From an uncultured Chlamydiales bacterium (GTDB lineage Bacteria > Chlamydiota > Chlamydiia > Chlamydiales > JAAKFR01): a stretch of DNA of 64,000 bases. Positions within the stretch are counted from its first letter, which is position 1. Every line of letters begins with the position of its first letter. Positions 18,301-27,889 of this stretch are shown one piece after another. The stretch covers positions 1,835,757 through 1,899,756 of the forward strand of contig OY969414.1 of NCBI GenBank assembly GCA_963699155.1, given 5' to 3'. The notes beneath the pieces are model-generated. The model did not search any database. It worked only from the letters and a program-made list of their open reading frames with translations, and was not told the DNA's origin. The translations under genes were made by a program, and so were the position numbers.

Positions 18301-19596
18301 ATGAGTTCAACTTATACTCTAAAAATTCATGCTCTCAGTTCTAATGGGGAAGGGATTGGATCGCTCGACGGGCTCAAAGTTTTTGTTGATGGAGCTCTTC
18401 CTGACGAAACTGTCACAGTACGTATCCGGGAACAGAAAAAAAATTATGCCATCGCCGATTTGGTGGAGGTCATCAGCCCTTCTCAGCATCGTGTAGAGCC
18501 ACCTTGCCCTTTGTTTGGCAGTTGTGGGGGCTGCCAACTCATGCACCTCGACTATTCCCAGCAGCTCATTGTCAAAAGACAAAGGGTTGTCGACGCTTTA
18601 ACACGTCTCGGCCATTTCCACGACCTTCCCGTACTTCCTTGTCTGCCCTCCCCCCACTCCCTGGCTTATCGCAATAAAATCCAGCTTCCCCTCATTTGGG
18701 AAAAAGGAAAGAAGACGATTGGACTCTACCGCAAAGAGAGCCATGAGATCATTCCCCTCAACCAATGCCTCATTCAGTGCGCTGAGGGGGAGGCTATCCT
18801 CAAACTGATTCGAGAAAGATTAGAGGTCCCCTCTGTCCGTTTTACCCTGATCCGCAATGCTGTTTTTAATCAAGAAGCGCTTCTCATTTTTGTCACAGAT
18901 GGAGGGTTCAGCAAAGAGTTGCAAGCCTGTGCTGAAAGCTTGATGGCGGCCCATCCCACCCTCAAAGGTGTTGTCGAAAATGTAAACTTGCGCAGCGATA
19001 ATGTCATTTTAGGAAACCATTTTCGCCTCCTTGCGGGGCGTGCCCACATCTTTGAAAAGTTGCTGGGAAAGACCTTTAAGATCTCCCCTGCCGCCTTTTT
19101 CCAAGTCAACCCTGCCCAAACAGAAAGGCTCTATGCGCTAGCCATTGACTGGGCAGCATTGTCCCCAGAAGATATTGTGCTCGATGCCTATTGTGGTGTC
19201 GGCGCCCTAGCCCTCTTTGCCGCTGATTCCGCGAAAGAGGTTTATGGGACAGAAATGGTACCTAGCGCTATCTCCGATGCCATCGAAAACCAAAGACTGA
19301 ATCATCAAACTGGCTGCCATTTCATCTGTGGAAAAGCTGAGGAGCTGATCCACCGCTTTTCCCGGCTAGACCTGGTCTTCCTGAACCCTCCTCGCAAAGG
19401 GTGCGACCCCTCCATGATTCACTCCCTTCTGACAAAAAAACCCTCTAAAATCATCTATATCTCCTGTGACCCTGCCACTTTAGCACGCGATTTAGCCGGC
19501 TTAAGCCCTACCTACCAGATAGAAAAGGTACAACCTGTCGACATGTTCCCTCAAACCATGCATGTCGAAACCGTAGTAAAATTAGTTATTAGATAA
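18301..19596 (+). CDS. rlmD: 23S rRNA (uracil-1939-C5)-methyltransferase
   Basis: TRAM domain, CPLFGSCGGC Fe-S motif, FFQVN, DAYCGVG, YISCDP and DMFPQTMHVE. Confidence 0.92.
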   Translation: MSSTYTLKIHALSSNGEGIGSLDGLKVFVDGALPDETVTVRIREQKKNYAIADLVEVISPSQHRVEPPCPLFGSCGGCQLMHLDYSQQLIVKRQRVVDALTRLGHFHDLPVLPCLPSPHSLAYRNKIQLPLIWEKGKKTIGLYRKESHEIIPLNQCLIQCAEGEAILKLIRERLEVPSVRFTLIRNAVFNQEALLIFVTDGGFSKELQACAESLMAAHPTLKGVVENVNLRSDNVILGNHFRLLAGRAHIFEKLLGKTFKISPAAFFQVNPAQTERLYALAIDWAALSPEDIVLDAYCGVGALALFAADSAKEVYGTEMVPSAISDAIENQRLNHQTGCHFICGKAEELIHRFSRLDLVFLNPPRKGCDPSMIHSLLTKKPSKIIYISCDPATLARDLAGLSPTYQIEKVQPVDMFPQTMHVETVVKLVIR

Positions 19597-19652
19597 TTTC
19601 AACTATTGAAATAATCGTAATTATTATTAATAATTTTAATTACGGTTGGCGC

Positions 19653-20363
19653 ATGAAAAAGCTACTTTTCCTGCTATTCTTATTTCAAGTTGTTGCATTA
19701 CATGGTCAAGGAGAAACTGTTATCTGTCTCCATGGCTATTTCCGTTCTTATAGATGTCTGATCCCCATGGCGAACACCCTAGAAAATGAGGGTTTTCGCG
19801 TCCACCTCTGGGATTATCCCAGTCGCAAAAATACGATCGAGGGTCATGCCGATGTGCTGGTTAAAATTCTGCAAGATATTGCCCATGCAAGGCCTGGACA
19901 GCCCATCCACTTTGTGACCCATTCTTTAGGAGGGATCATCGTCCGCGCAGCTGTCAATCACCCCAATTGTCCTCCAGAAGCTCGCCAAGGACGGGCGATC
20001 TTGCTGGCACCCCCCAACAAGGGGGCTGCGATCGCAAGGCGATTTAAGGACTGGGTGCTCATGCGTGGCATCTTTGGGGGTAAAGCAGGAAGGCAACTCC
20101 TCACTTTTACTGAGGAAGAAATGAAGAGCATAGGGAGCTTTCCCGAGACGATGGAAGTGATGGTTCTTGCCGGTGCAAAAGGGAATCGCCTCTCTAGGCT
20201 GGTGATGGATGAAGCCAACGATGGAAAAGTTACAGTAGATGAGACCCGCCTTTCCTCCCCACATATCCATAAAACCCTCAATGTCAGCCATAGCTGGATC
20301 ATGACCAGCCGTGAATCGATCAACCTCACTAAGGATTTCCTTCTTGGGAGATTCCCAGAGTAA
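19653..20363 (+). CDS. Secreted alpha/beta hydrolase (lipase/esterase), paralog 1
   Basis: Signal peptide, LHG, THSLG nucleophile, NDG and SHSWI. Confidence 0.82.
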   Translation: MKKLLFLLFLFQVVALHGQGETVICLHGYFRSYRCLIPMANTLENEGFRVHLWDYPSRKNTIEGHADVLVKILQDIAHARPGQPIHFVTHSLGGIIVRAAVNHPNCPPEARQGRAILLAPPNKGAAIARRFKDWVLMRGIFGGKAGRQLLTFTEEEMKSIGSFPETMEVMVLAGAKGNRLSRLVMDEANDGKVTVDETRLSSPHIHKTLNVSHSWIMTSRESINLTKDFLLGRFPE

Positions 20364-20438
20364 AAACCTGAGTAAAAAAACGGCTCGACGATAGGCCTCT
20401 CTTTTGTTATAAGCAAAAAAATTGACTTAGGTCAGGGA

Positions 20439-21164
20439 ATGAAGAAAACTATCCTGTTTTTCATTGCTATCTTTCAGATCCTTACGATCAAAGGAGACGC
20501 CGATACGATCGTTGCCATCCACGGCTTCGTCACCGATTGGCGCAGCATGATCCCAGTCAAAAAAACCCTTTCACCATGCGGTTTTGATATCTTTCTTTGG
20601 GAATATGATAGCCGAAGAAAATATATCGAAGAGCATGCTGTCGATCTCGTCGTCGCTCTTCAACGCATTGCCTCTGCCTATCCGGGAAGGCCGATCCACT
20701 TTGTGACCCATTCGATCGGAGCTCTGATTTTGCGTGTAGCCATCAACCAATTCGACTGTCCGGTGGAAGCTAAAATGGGGCGCGCCGTTCTCCTGGCACC
20801 TCCTAATCAAGGTTCTATTCTTGGGCGCCGTTTTAAAGATATATGGCCTATAAATATGATAATGGGGACTAAAAGTGGGTGGGAGCTGAGAAATTATTGC
20901 CCACGAGAGGTGACCTGCCTGGGAGAATTCCCCGAATCGATGGATCTCTTTGTCATCGCAGGCACTAAAGGAAACAAAATCTTTTTTTCAACGACAAACG
21001 ATGGCTTTGTCGTTATTCCAGAGACGCGGCTCAATACACCCCACCGCTTTAAATGTTTTCGAGTCAGTCACAGCAATATCATCAAAAACCAGCGCGTCCT
21101 CTGTGCCACTAAGAAGTTCATTTATGAATATTATTATCCCGAACCTGAAGAAACAGAAGACTAA
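20439..21164 (+). CDS. Secreted alpha/beta hydrolase (lipase/esterase), paralog 2
   Basis: IHG, THSIG, LLAPPNQG, NDG and VSHS. Collinear with paralog 1. Confidence 0.82.
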   Translation: MKKTILFFIAIFQILTIKGDADTIVAIHGFVTDWRSMIPVKKTLSPCGFDIFLWEYDSRRKYIEEHAVDLVVALQRIASAYPGRPIHFVTHSIGALILRVAINQFDCPVEAKMGRAVLLAPPNQGSILGRRFKDIWPINMIMGTKSGWELRNYCPREVTCLGEFPESMDLFVIAGTKGNKIFFSTTNDGFVVIPETRLNTPHRFKCFRVSHSNIIKNQRVLCATKKFIYEYYYPEPEETED

Positions 21165-21165
21165 A

Positions 21166-21330
21166 TAGGATTGCGTCCCGCTTTTTCTGTAAATTTGGGG
21201 TAGCGAGGCGGTGTCAGATTGCGAGATTTTTGAGGAAGCGAATAGCCTTGTGCTATTTGTGACGAAAAAAGCGCGCAAGATGCCCGCCGCAGCTCGCCCA
21301 AATTTACAGAAAAAGCTGGATGCAATCCTA
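21166..21330. repeat. ~165-bp imperfect palindromic element (RPE/MITE-like)
   Basis: Arms TAGGATTGC..GCTTTTTCTGTAAATTTGGG / CCCAAATTTACAGAAAAAGC..GCAATCCTA. Direct repeat CTAAATAG at 21161-21168 and 21328-21335. Confidence 0.88.
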
Positions 21331-22098
21331 AATAGTAAGGGTTCTAATTATCTGGACGCGCCGATCTTGATTCGCGCATTTATAAGTGAGAGGGCTAGCC
21401 ACAATAGCTTCATGAGATTGTCCTACCACTCTTCTTTCGAAATAATCCATCACATAGATGCCGCAGTTGTGAATATCGTACTGATGCTGAGTACTATTTT
21501 CGATGATAGTGCTGTTTTCATCACCATAGGTATCGACAACGAGACGGAGAACATCTTCTAAATGGATCTCCTCTTTTGCAGCGCTGCGGACGGGATCGGT
21601 AGAGTCACGACTGGTTAGCCCTTTAGAATCAAAGAGTTCTACCCGGTTATTCAGCCGGTCATAAACCACTGCCACGATGTGATCGATGGGAAAGCCCTTC
21701 ATCACCACAGGAACCAAAATAAGCGGTTTCCCTTCACTTTGAGGAAGTTGCGGACTCATATATTGATACATAAAGTTCGGGACAAGCTGAATTTTATCCT
21801 GATGTTTGGCTTGTAGGATCTCACAAAAAGTCTGTACAGCTTCTGGTCCGACAGCCCATGTATTACAGAGCTGAGAGATTCCTTTAGATAGATAGGGATA
21901 GTTCTCAGTTTTTGTAGAAGATATCGAAACATTTTGGATCTCAATTTTTCCAAAATAGCTGGCTAACGACCGCCAGAATCCACAGAAAACAGTCATCACC
22001 TTATTGGCTAAAGGCCTTAATAATGAGGACTCTGCGAGAATAGCTTCGGAATGCCTAGAATGGAACTGATTTTGATCTAAACGAATTGACATCAACAA
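21328..22098 (-). CDS. CE-clan (C48/Ulp1-like) cysteine protease, candidate deubiquitinase/deSUMOylase effector
   Basis: His-Asp-Gln-Cys order: DHIVAVVYD, ELFDS, QHQYDIHNCGIYV. Confidence 0.8.
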   Translation of the reverse strand: MLMSIRLDQNQFHSRHSEAILAESSLLRPLANKVMTVFCGFWRSLASYFGKIEIQNVSISSTKTENYPYLSKGISQLCNTWAVGPEAVQTFCEILQAKHQDKIQLVPNFMYQYMSPQLPQSEGKPLILVPVVMKGFPIDHIVAVVYDRLNNRVELFDSKGLTSRDSTDPVRSAAKEEIHLEDVLRLVVDTYGDENSTIIENSTQHQYDIHNCGIYVMDYFERRVVGQSHEAIVASPLTYKCANQDRRVQIIRTLTI

Positions 22099-22147
22099 CT
22101 ATTATAAACTATTTAATAATAATTCTCAATAGTTTATATATTAATTT

Positions 22148-22471
22148 ATGAGGATAGTTTTTCTATTATTAATACTCTCTTGCTTCTCACTGTTTGGAGA
22201 GACCCATTACCAGGGAAGAATCCTCAGTATTCAGAAATTCTCGATGGCTAACCAGCCCTCCCCCTATCTTCAATTCATATTGGAAACCTCAGAGGGTGAG
22301 TACACTGTTGAGGCAGGTCCTCAATGGAATCTGAAAACTCAAGGTTTTATCTTGCTGCAAGGGCAAGAGATTGAGGTGGAGGGTGAGTTTGTCACCATCG
22401 GGGGGCGGCAGATTTTGATTGCCCATTGCCTTAAACAAGGCAAACTATCTATTAGATTAAACAAAAATTAA
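22148..22471 (+). CDS. Secreted small OB-fold-like hypothetical protein
   Basis: Signal peptide; L.T..G.Y.V..GP.W...G.EIEVEG pattern. Confidence 0.55.
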   Translation: MRIVFLLLILSCFSLFGETHYQGRILSIQKFSMANQPSPYLQFILETSEGEYTVEAGPQWNLKTQGFILLQGQEIEVEGEFVTIGGRQILIAHCLKQGKLSIRLNKN

Positions 22472-22543
22472 CTTAAAATTGACTATTTATTCAAGATAGT
22501 GTATGATTGTTTATATTTTAATATAACTTTAATTTAAATTTAA

Positions 22544-25165
22544 ATGAGTGAGATTACTAACCCAACTTCACAGGAAGTGAAGTGGGCCAGCCCTGTTAAG
22601 CCAAAAGCCACATCCCGAAGCCAGGGTATCACCTCTCACGTCGCCAAAAAGCTCCTTTTTACAGAAAGCAATGAGAGTGAGCCTAAGGACGACCTACTGA
22701 AAACCTACCCATTAGCTAGCTTGGGTCTCCAACAAGGTCTCGATCTCACTCAACAAGCCTACCTCATTGAGCTCGTTGAGAATTTAGAAATGAGCGTGCG
22801 AGAGGAGGTTCCCCAAGAGAGACAGTCAGAAATCCGCAGCTATATCAACAATCTTTTGGTCGCTGCCATTCCCTTTGAAGAAAAGTATCAAAAATTGGGA
22901 ATCACTCTTTTTTATTTAGATCGCGATGGCGTTCTGCCCACACGCGGGTTTTTAATCCCCTTCAGAGCCGATGAAATGATAGGAGAGATTCAAAGCTATT
23001 TATCGGCTCGTTCCGATGCGACTTCAAACCCTTTGATACCTTCGGGCAAAACACACTATCTCTTACGCAGCTTCGCACACATGGCGATGACCTCACGGCA
23101 ATATTTTAACCGAGCAGGCCTCTTTGTTGTGAAAAGCTTGCTGGAATCACCGAGCCATGGGATCGCTGGCTATCTTCAGCCTGAACATCGGGAGCACATC
23201 TTGATCGTGATCAGGGAGCTGCTCTTAAATCCCACTTTTAATACCTTTTTTCGAAAAGAGGTGACGGTCCATCCCGATCTTGTCGATGTGCTGCAGATCG
23301 ATCTCAAATGGAGCTCCACAATTCTTTCTGTGCATATTTTTTATGCCTGTTTGATAGCTCTTTTCAGTGATATCCGCCAATCTGATAATCCTAATTGCTA
23401 TGCGGTCAGCGCTCTTATTTATGTTACAGAAACTGAAACTTATAGAGCTTTCGCCCGATTGATCCGCTGGATCGAAGAGGGACACTATCGATTTATAGGA
23501 AGCTCGATCCCGCTCCGTCCTTTTCTCGAAAAAAGGATCGTCCGTTCTACCGATCTTGATATTCAAGTTGCCAATCCCGAAGCCCTTGCACTGGCTCCCC
23601 TCGAACAGATCTACTCTATCCTCTCTCTCAGCCACTCTCCCTCTTCAAAAAGAAAAGCCACTTTGAAAGAGCTCCTTCCCTCTAACACAGCAAGAACTCT
23701 CTTCCAAAGCTATAAATCGAACCTCCTGATCCAAATGATGCTCAAAGTCTTGGAGTTCACCAATGAAAATCTCGTCACGGAAGAAGAAGATGCCGGCCAA
23801 TCTTTTAAAGTGAAGCTGATCAAAAGCGCGATTGGGGTTCTCGAATGGTTGTCTATGAGCAAAGGGATCTCTTCTCTGATATGCGAAAAATTAGAGTCTC
23901 ACTTGATGAAAAAGTTCTGGTTAGAACCACAAAGAGAAGAGGGCGAGGTCATTGCCAGCAGGCAAGCTGAAGAGGAAGGGGCTCGGCTCTTTTCCGCCTG
24001 TCTCAGAGTCTACTATCTCAATGGAGGAAGATATACCCTGCTTCCCTCTCTGAGCGAATTTCAAAGAGTTCTTCTCGAAGAGGTAAACACCCTGTGCGCC
24101 ACTGAGCAATGGGACCCACATGTTTCCTCTACACTCTGTGAGGCGATCCAGAGCGCTGCTTTTAGAACAGGATTCGCCAAACGGTTAGCCAGTCAGATCG
24201 AATATAGTACAATCACGGGTGATCTGCTGGACAGGGCCGATCTTTTGATCATGCGGCAGAGAGGCGGATCGGGAGCGCTCGTTCTCAAGAGTGTCTTCGA
24301 TATCAACCTTCAAAAGGAGAGCCTTCCTGAAAGTCTAACCCCCTATGAATTCTTACGCAATCTTGTCGAGTTTATCTCCACAAGAGTCGCCACAAAAGAA
24401 TTTCGAGAAGCTCCGAAGGTCTTAATTCGTAATCCGGGAAAACATATCTGGACTCTCTCTCCATCCTGTTGGAAATTGCTGATCGATAACCGCATCAGTT
24501 TCTCCTTTTTTATCCAGAGATCCCTCTTCGATCCAGGGAGAAGACGCCTCGATGCGGCTGTTCCAGCCGATGCCGTGATCCGTTTGATCTCTAGTTTTGC
24601 TGGAAATGAGGAAGTTGAAAAGTTCATGATGAGCCATTTTCAATATAGACCCAATCTCTCTTATGCCCAATTTCGCGACGAGCTCTTACTCCACACACAA
24701 GACAAAAATCGTAGACGAATGGAAGAGTGCATCCGAGATGAGTTTAGTAGAGTAACACTCGATCTAGCCCCCTTATTACTGATCTTGCAAGAAATTAAAC
24801 TGACACTCCCAGAACAGACAGTGATACGCCTTTTAGAAGCGCTTCCCATACAACCATGCCAACCTTACGAATTGGCACTTTTGATTCGCAAAGCTTTACT
24901 CGATCACAAATTAGCGATCATCGATCCTTATGAGTTGGAGATCGCAATCTGCAAAGCTTTCGACATGCCGATTGCCATACAGATCGGCGATCTCAATTGG
25001 CAAAACATGCGTCAAGAAGATCCGAGTCATCTTCGTTTGATCGTCCAATTTAACTGGATCCTCGAGGTTCCCTCCTACTACATTCGAGGAGAGAGCGAGG
25101 ATCGTGAACCCGCCAAGTACTACACAAACTTTGACATTTTTTCTTCGCCTGAGCTATTGAAATAA
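22544..25165 (+). CDS. Large hypothetical protein (873 aa)
   Basis: Long ORF after an AT-rich intergenic region. Ser/Thr/Pro-rich N-terminus and an RQ..NCYA motif. Confidence 0.75.
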   Translation: MSEITNPTSQEVKWASPVKPKATSRSQGITSHVAKKLLFTESNESEPKDDLLKTYPLASLGLQQGLDLTQQAYLIELVENLEMSVREEVPQERQSEIRSYINNLLVAAIPFEEKYQKLGITLFYLDRDGVLPTRGFLIPFRADEMIGEIQSYLSARSDATSNPLIPSGKTHYLLRSFAHMAMTSRQYFNRAGLFVVKSLLESPSHGIAGYLQPEHREHILIVIRELLLNPTFNTFFRKEVTVHPDLVDVLQIDLKWSSTILSVHIFYACLIALFSDIRQSDNPNCYAVSALIYVTETETYRAFARLIRWIEEGHYRFIGSSIPLRPFLEKRIVRSTDLDIQVANPEALALAPLEQIYSILSLSHSPSSKRKATLKELLPSNTARTLFQSYKSNLLIQMMLKVLEFTNENLVTEEEDAGQSFKVKLIKSAIGVLEWLSMSKGISSLICEKLESHLMKKFWLEPQREEGEVIASRQAEEEGARLFSACLRVYYLNGGRYTLLPSLSEFQRVLLEEVNTLCATEQWDPHVSSTLCEAIQSAAFRTGFAKRLASQIEYSTITGDLLDRADLLIMRQRGGSGALVLKSVFDINLQKESLPESLTPYEFLRNLVEFISTRVATKEFREAPKVLIRNPGKHIWTLSPSCWKLLIDNRISFSFFIQRSLFDPGRRRLDAAVPADAVIRLISSFAGNEEVEKFMMSHFQYRPNLSYAQFRDELLLHTQDKNRRRMEECIRDEFSRVTLDLAPLLLILQEIKLTLPEQTVIRLLEALPIQPCQPYELALLIRKALLDHKLAIIDPYELEIAICKAFDMPIAIQIGDLNWQNMRQEDPSHLRLIVQFNWILEVPSYYIRGESEDREPAKYYTNFDIFSSPELLK

Positions 25166-25173
25166 TAGACATT

Positions 25174-25329
25174 ATGATGGCTTCTCTTTTTTTACTCATG
25201 ACGGGTGTTATTGGATTGATCTATGGCAAGCAGCGCAGGTGGGCTTTCTTGTTGCTGATCACCACACTTGTTTTGTGCTGGTGGATGCTGGCTCATCATG
25301 CCACTAGTAGATTAGGAGTTGAGTGGTAA
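25174..25329 (+). CDS. Small membrane protein (51 aa, DUF5993-like), not in the ORF track
   Basis: MMASLFLLMTGVIGLIYGKQRRWAFLLLITTLVLCWWMLAHHATSRLGVEW*. The C-terminal HHAT motif and the position next to dsbB fit this family. Confidence 0.7.
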   Translation: MMASLFLLMTGVIGLIYGKQRRWAFLLLITTLVLCWWMLAHHATSRLGVEW

Positions 25330-25835
25330 TAGAAAGACATCTCAACTCGCTATTCGCACTCATTTTGGCAGCAATCCTTTGGGGGGCATTAGCCATCCAA
25401 TTCTTTAAACATGAAGAGCCCTGCCCTCTCTGCTTGCTCCAGCGTTTAGGCATGCTCGGTATGGCCTCTGGGGCGTTGATGAATGTGCGCTTCGGCCCTC
25501 GCAAGTCCCACTATGGTCTCTCACTCTTCTCCGCTGTGTTTGGAGGATTTGTCGCACTCAGGCAGATGTTCCTCCATGTTTGCCCCCAATTCCCCAAATT
25601 TGGAGTTCCTTTTTGGGGTTTAAGTCTCTATACCTGGTCCTTTATCACCTTTGCAGCTTCCATCTTCTATATCGGACTCTTGCTGCTCTTCTTTGACCAT
25701 CAAAAGGAAGAGATGGAAACTCCCCGCTCAGATCCCTTCGGCCTCTTTGCATTTATTGTTCTATTTTTAGTAGCATTAACCAATATTTTTTCTACGCTAT
25801 GGTTATGCGGTCTGAGCGCTTGCGACGAAATTTAA
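25323..25835 (+). CDS. dsbB: Disulfide bond formation protein B family
   Basis: EEPCPLCLLQR, VALRQMFLHVCP and GLSLYTWS; multiple TM helices. Confidence 0.85.
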   Translation: MVIERHLNSLFALILAAILWGALAIQFFKHEEPCPLCLLQRLGMLGMASGALMNVRFGPRKSHYGLSLFSAVFGGFVALRQMFLHVCPQFPKFGVPFWGLSLYTWSFITFAASIFYIGLLLLFFDHQKEEMETPRSDPFGLFAFIVLFLVALTNIFSTLWLCGLSACDEI

Positions 25836-27202
25836 TCGCCCAGCTCCAAAAAAAGATCCAAGAAAGTGATGGACATCTGGCCTTACGCTACCAGCGTGGC
25901 CACTCTAACACAACGCGCAGCAAAAGCTATAAACAGGGGTGCCAGCTCCTGACATGCCCACCCTTCGATCAGGTTCTAGAGGTTGATCCAGAAGGCCAAT
26001 GCGCCCACGTCGAGCCAAGAGTGACGATGGAGCAGCTGGTCAAAGCCACACTGCGCCGCGGCCTCATCCCGCCCGTTGTGCCCGAATTTAAAGGAATTAC
26101 CGTGGGTGGAGCTCTGCTGGGCGCTGCCGCTGAAAGTGGCTCTCATAGATGGGGGCTTTTTCATGACAACTGTCAGCAGATTGAGCTCATCGATGGCAAG
26201 GGAGATCTTATCATCACATCCCCCACAGACAAGAGTGACCTCTTTTACGGACTTTCTGGCTCTTATGGCTCATTGGGAATCCTTGTGGGTGCCAAGATCT
26301 CCCTGATCCTCGCCAAACCAACTGTCTTACTCCGCTACTACCCCTTCAAGGATTGCCATCAAGCCTTGGAAAAGCTGCAGAGTTTAACTGGCCAGGTCGA
26401 TTTTCTCGATGGGATCATCTTCTCTGCTGACCATGCGGTTGTGATAGCCGGAGAGATGACCTCACAACCCAGCTCTAAAGCCTCTTCCGCCTGGCATGCC
26501 CAGCATGCACATCAGCTGAGAAGCTATCGTGAAGAGCTGATGCCACTCTACGACTATCTTTTCCGCTATGATCATGGGGCATTTTGGATGGGCTCCTTTC
26601 TCTTCAATATTCCCTTTTTAAGCCTCTACATTCGGCAGGGACTCTTAAAAGCAGAGGCCTCATTAGCCCATTTCACTGAAAAAGAGATTCTTCGGTTACA
26701 AAAAGCCACCTTTCCGGGTAGGCTCGGGCGGTTTCTCACCGCCCCTCTGATGAAGAGCCAACGTCTCTGGAGCCTGCTGCACCTGGCCGAAAAATGGATC
26801 CAAGACCGACTCGTCATCCAAGACTGTTCGATTCCGAGTGCACGAGCTCACCACTTTTTAGACCAGATTTTGACCGATCCCGGTCTCTACCCCATCTGGC
26901 TCTGCCCTCTCAAAGGCACAAAGGAAGCGCAGCACTTTGCCCCTCATTATGGCCATCCCGATCTCTTAAATTTCGGCCTCTATGGCATTCCTGCCTACGC
27001 TGCACCCATGCGCGAGATCATTCAAAAACTGGAAGCAAAGACAGATGAAGTGGGCGGCAGAAAAGTTCTCTATAGCCGCTCCTATTATAGCGAGGAGGAA
27101 TTTTGGAAAATTTACCCTCAAGAAGTCTATCAAAGAATCCGTCTCCAAACCCATGCCGAAGGGAAATGGCGGGGGCTAACCACTAAAGTTCTCTCTGAGT
27201 AG
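25799..27202 (+). CDS. FAD-binding oxidoreductase, Delta24-sterol reductase (DHCR24/DWF1)-like
   Basis: VEPRVTMEQLV, VVPEFKGITVGG, ESGSHRWGLFHD, SYGSLG, DYLFRYD, QD, YPIWLCP and GGRKVLY...YSEEEFW. Confidence 0.78.
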   Translation: MVMRSERLRRNLIAQLQKKIQESDGHLALRYQRGHSNTTRSKSYKQGCQLLTCPPFDQVLEVDPEGQCAHVEPRVTMEQLVKATLRRGLIPPVVPEFKGITVGGALLGAAAESGSHRWGLFHDNCQQIELIDGKGDLIITSPTDKSDLFYGLSGSYGSLGILVGAKISLILAKPTVLLRYYPFKDCHQALEKLQSLTGQVDFLDGIIFSADHAVVIAGEMTSQPSSKASSAWHAQHAHQLRSYREELMPLYDYLFRYDHGAFWMGSFLFNIPFLSLYIRQGLLKAEASLAHFTEKEILRLQKATFPGRLGRFLTAPLMKSQRLWSLLHLAEKWIQDRLVIQDCSIPSARAHHFLDQILTDPGLYPIWLCPLKGTKEAQHFAPHYGHPDLLNFGLYGIPAYAAPMREIIQKLEAKTDEVGGRKVLYSRSYYSEEEFWKIYPQEVYQRIRLQTHAEGKWRGLTTKVLSE

Positions 27203-27518
27203 CTTCATAATGGTAGCAGCAACGCGCAATCATGATAGTTACAGCCACAAGAACCGCACACCCAAGAATTAAATAAGTTCCCGGATAGCCCAAAGTGGTC
27301 CCGACCACCCCCAGCGCGCTCTGCGGATAATAAAGCCCCATTAAAGAGATGACGCCCAGAATTGCCAGAGCTGCGCATATCGTCAATGCGCCTGCATAGA
27401 CCGGTCTTATACAGAGAAAAGGGGTTCTCTTCGTTTCCCACTCATGACCCACCCGATCGGAACTCGTTTCAATTGAGCAACACATCCTGCAATCCTCTTT
27501 CCCAGCAACAATAACCAT
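27183..27518 (-). CDS. Small membrane protein with bilobed hydrophobic domain (Inc-like)
   Basis: Two hydrophobic helices separated by a short loop. Confidence 0.5.
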   Translation of the reverse strand: MVIVAGKEDCRMCCSIETSSDRVGHEWETKRTPFLCIRPVYAGALTICAALAILGVISLMGLYYPQSALGVVGTTLGYPGTYLILGCAVLVAVTIMIARCCYHYEATQREL

Positions 27519-27524
27519 TTTCTA

Positions 27525-27833
27525 CTATTCCGAACAAGGGGGGGCCCAACTGCGTCCATTCGTATAGTGGATGCTGCTCATCAGATGATCATAGTTGGCT
27601 CTATCAAAACGGGTTCGGCAGCGCTGACGGAAAAAGTAATTGAGCGGAAGAAAATAAGGCTCAGGGTAGTTGATATTGTCAACATAGCCGTAAGGTGCAC
27701 AGTCATAGTCAGCAACCGTGACATCCATATAGCGAATGCAGCAGGGCTGCCGACAACAGCTCCCAAACCATTGCGCTTCTACTTCAACTGTTAATATCAA
27801 TAAAGCAAGACAAAACAATATGCATTTGTTCAT
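27525..27833 (-). CDS. Secreted cysteine-rich hypothetical protein
   Basis: Signal peptide followed by GSCCRQPCC; GGAG RBS upstream. Confidence 0.65.
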   Translation of the reverse strand: MNKCILFCLALLILTVEVEAQWFGSCCRQPCCIRYMDVTVADYDCAPYGYVDNINYPEPYFLPLNYFFRQRCRTRFDRANYDHLMSSIHYTNGRSWAPPCSE

Positions 27834-27889
27834 AGTTTAAACTCCGTTAAACTCATTATACAAATTAAAATATTATTTTGTAATTAAAG

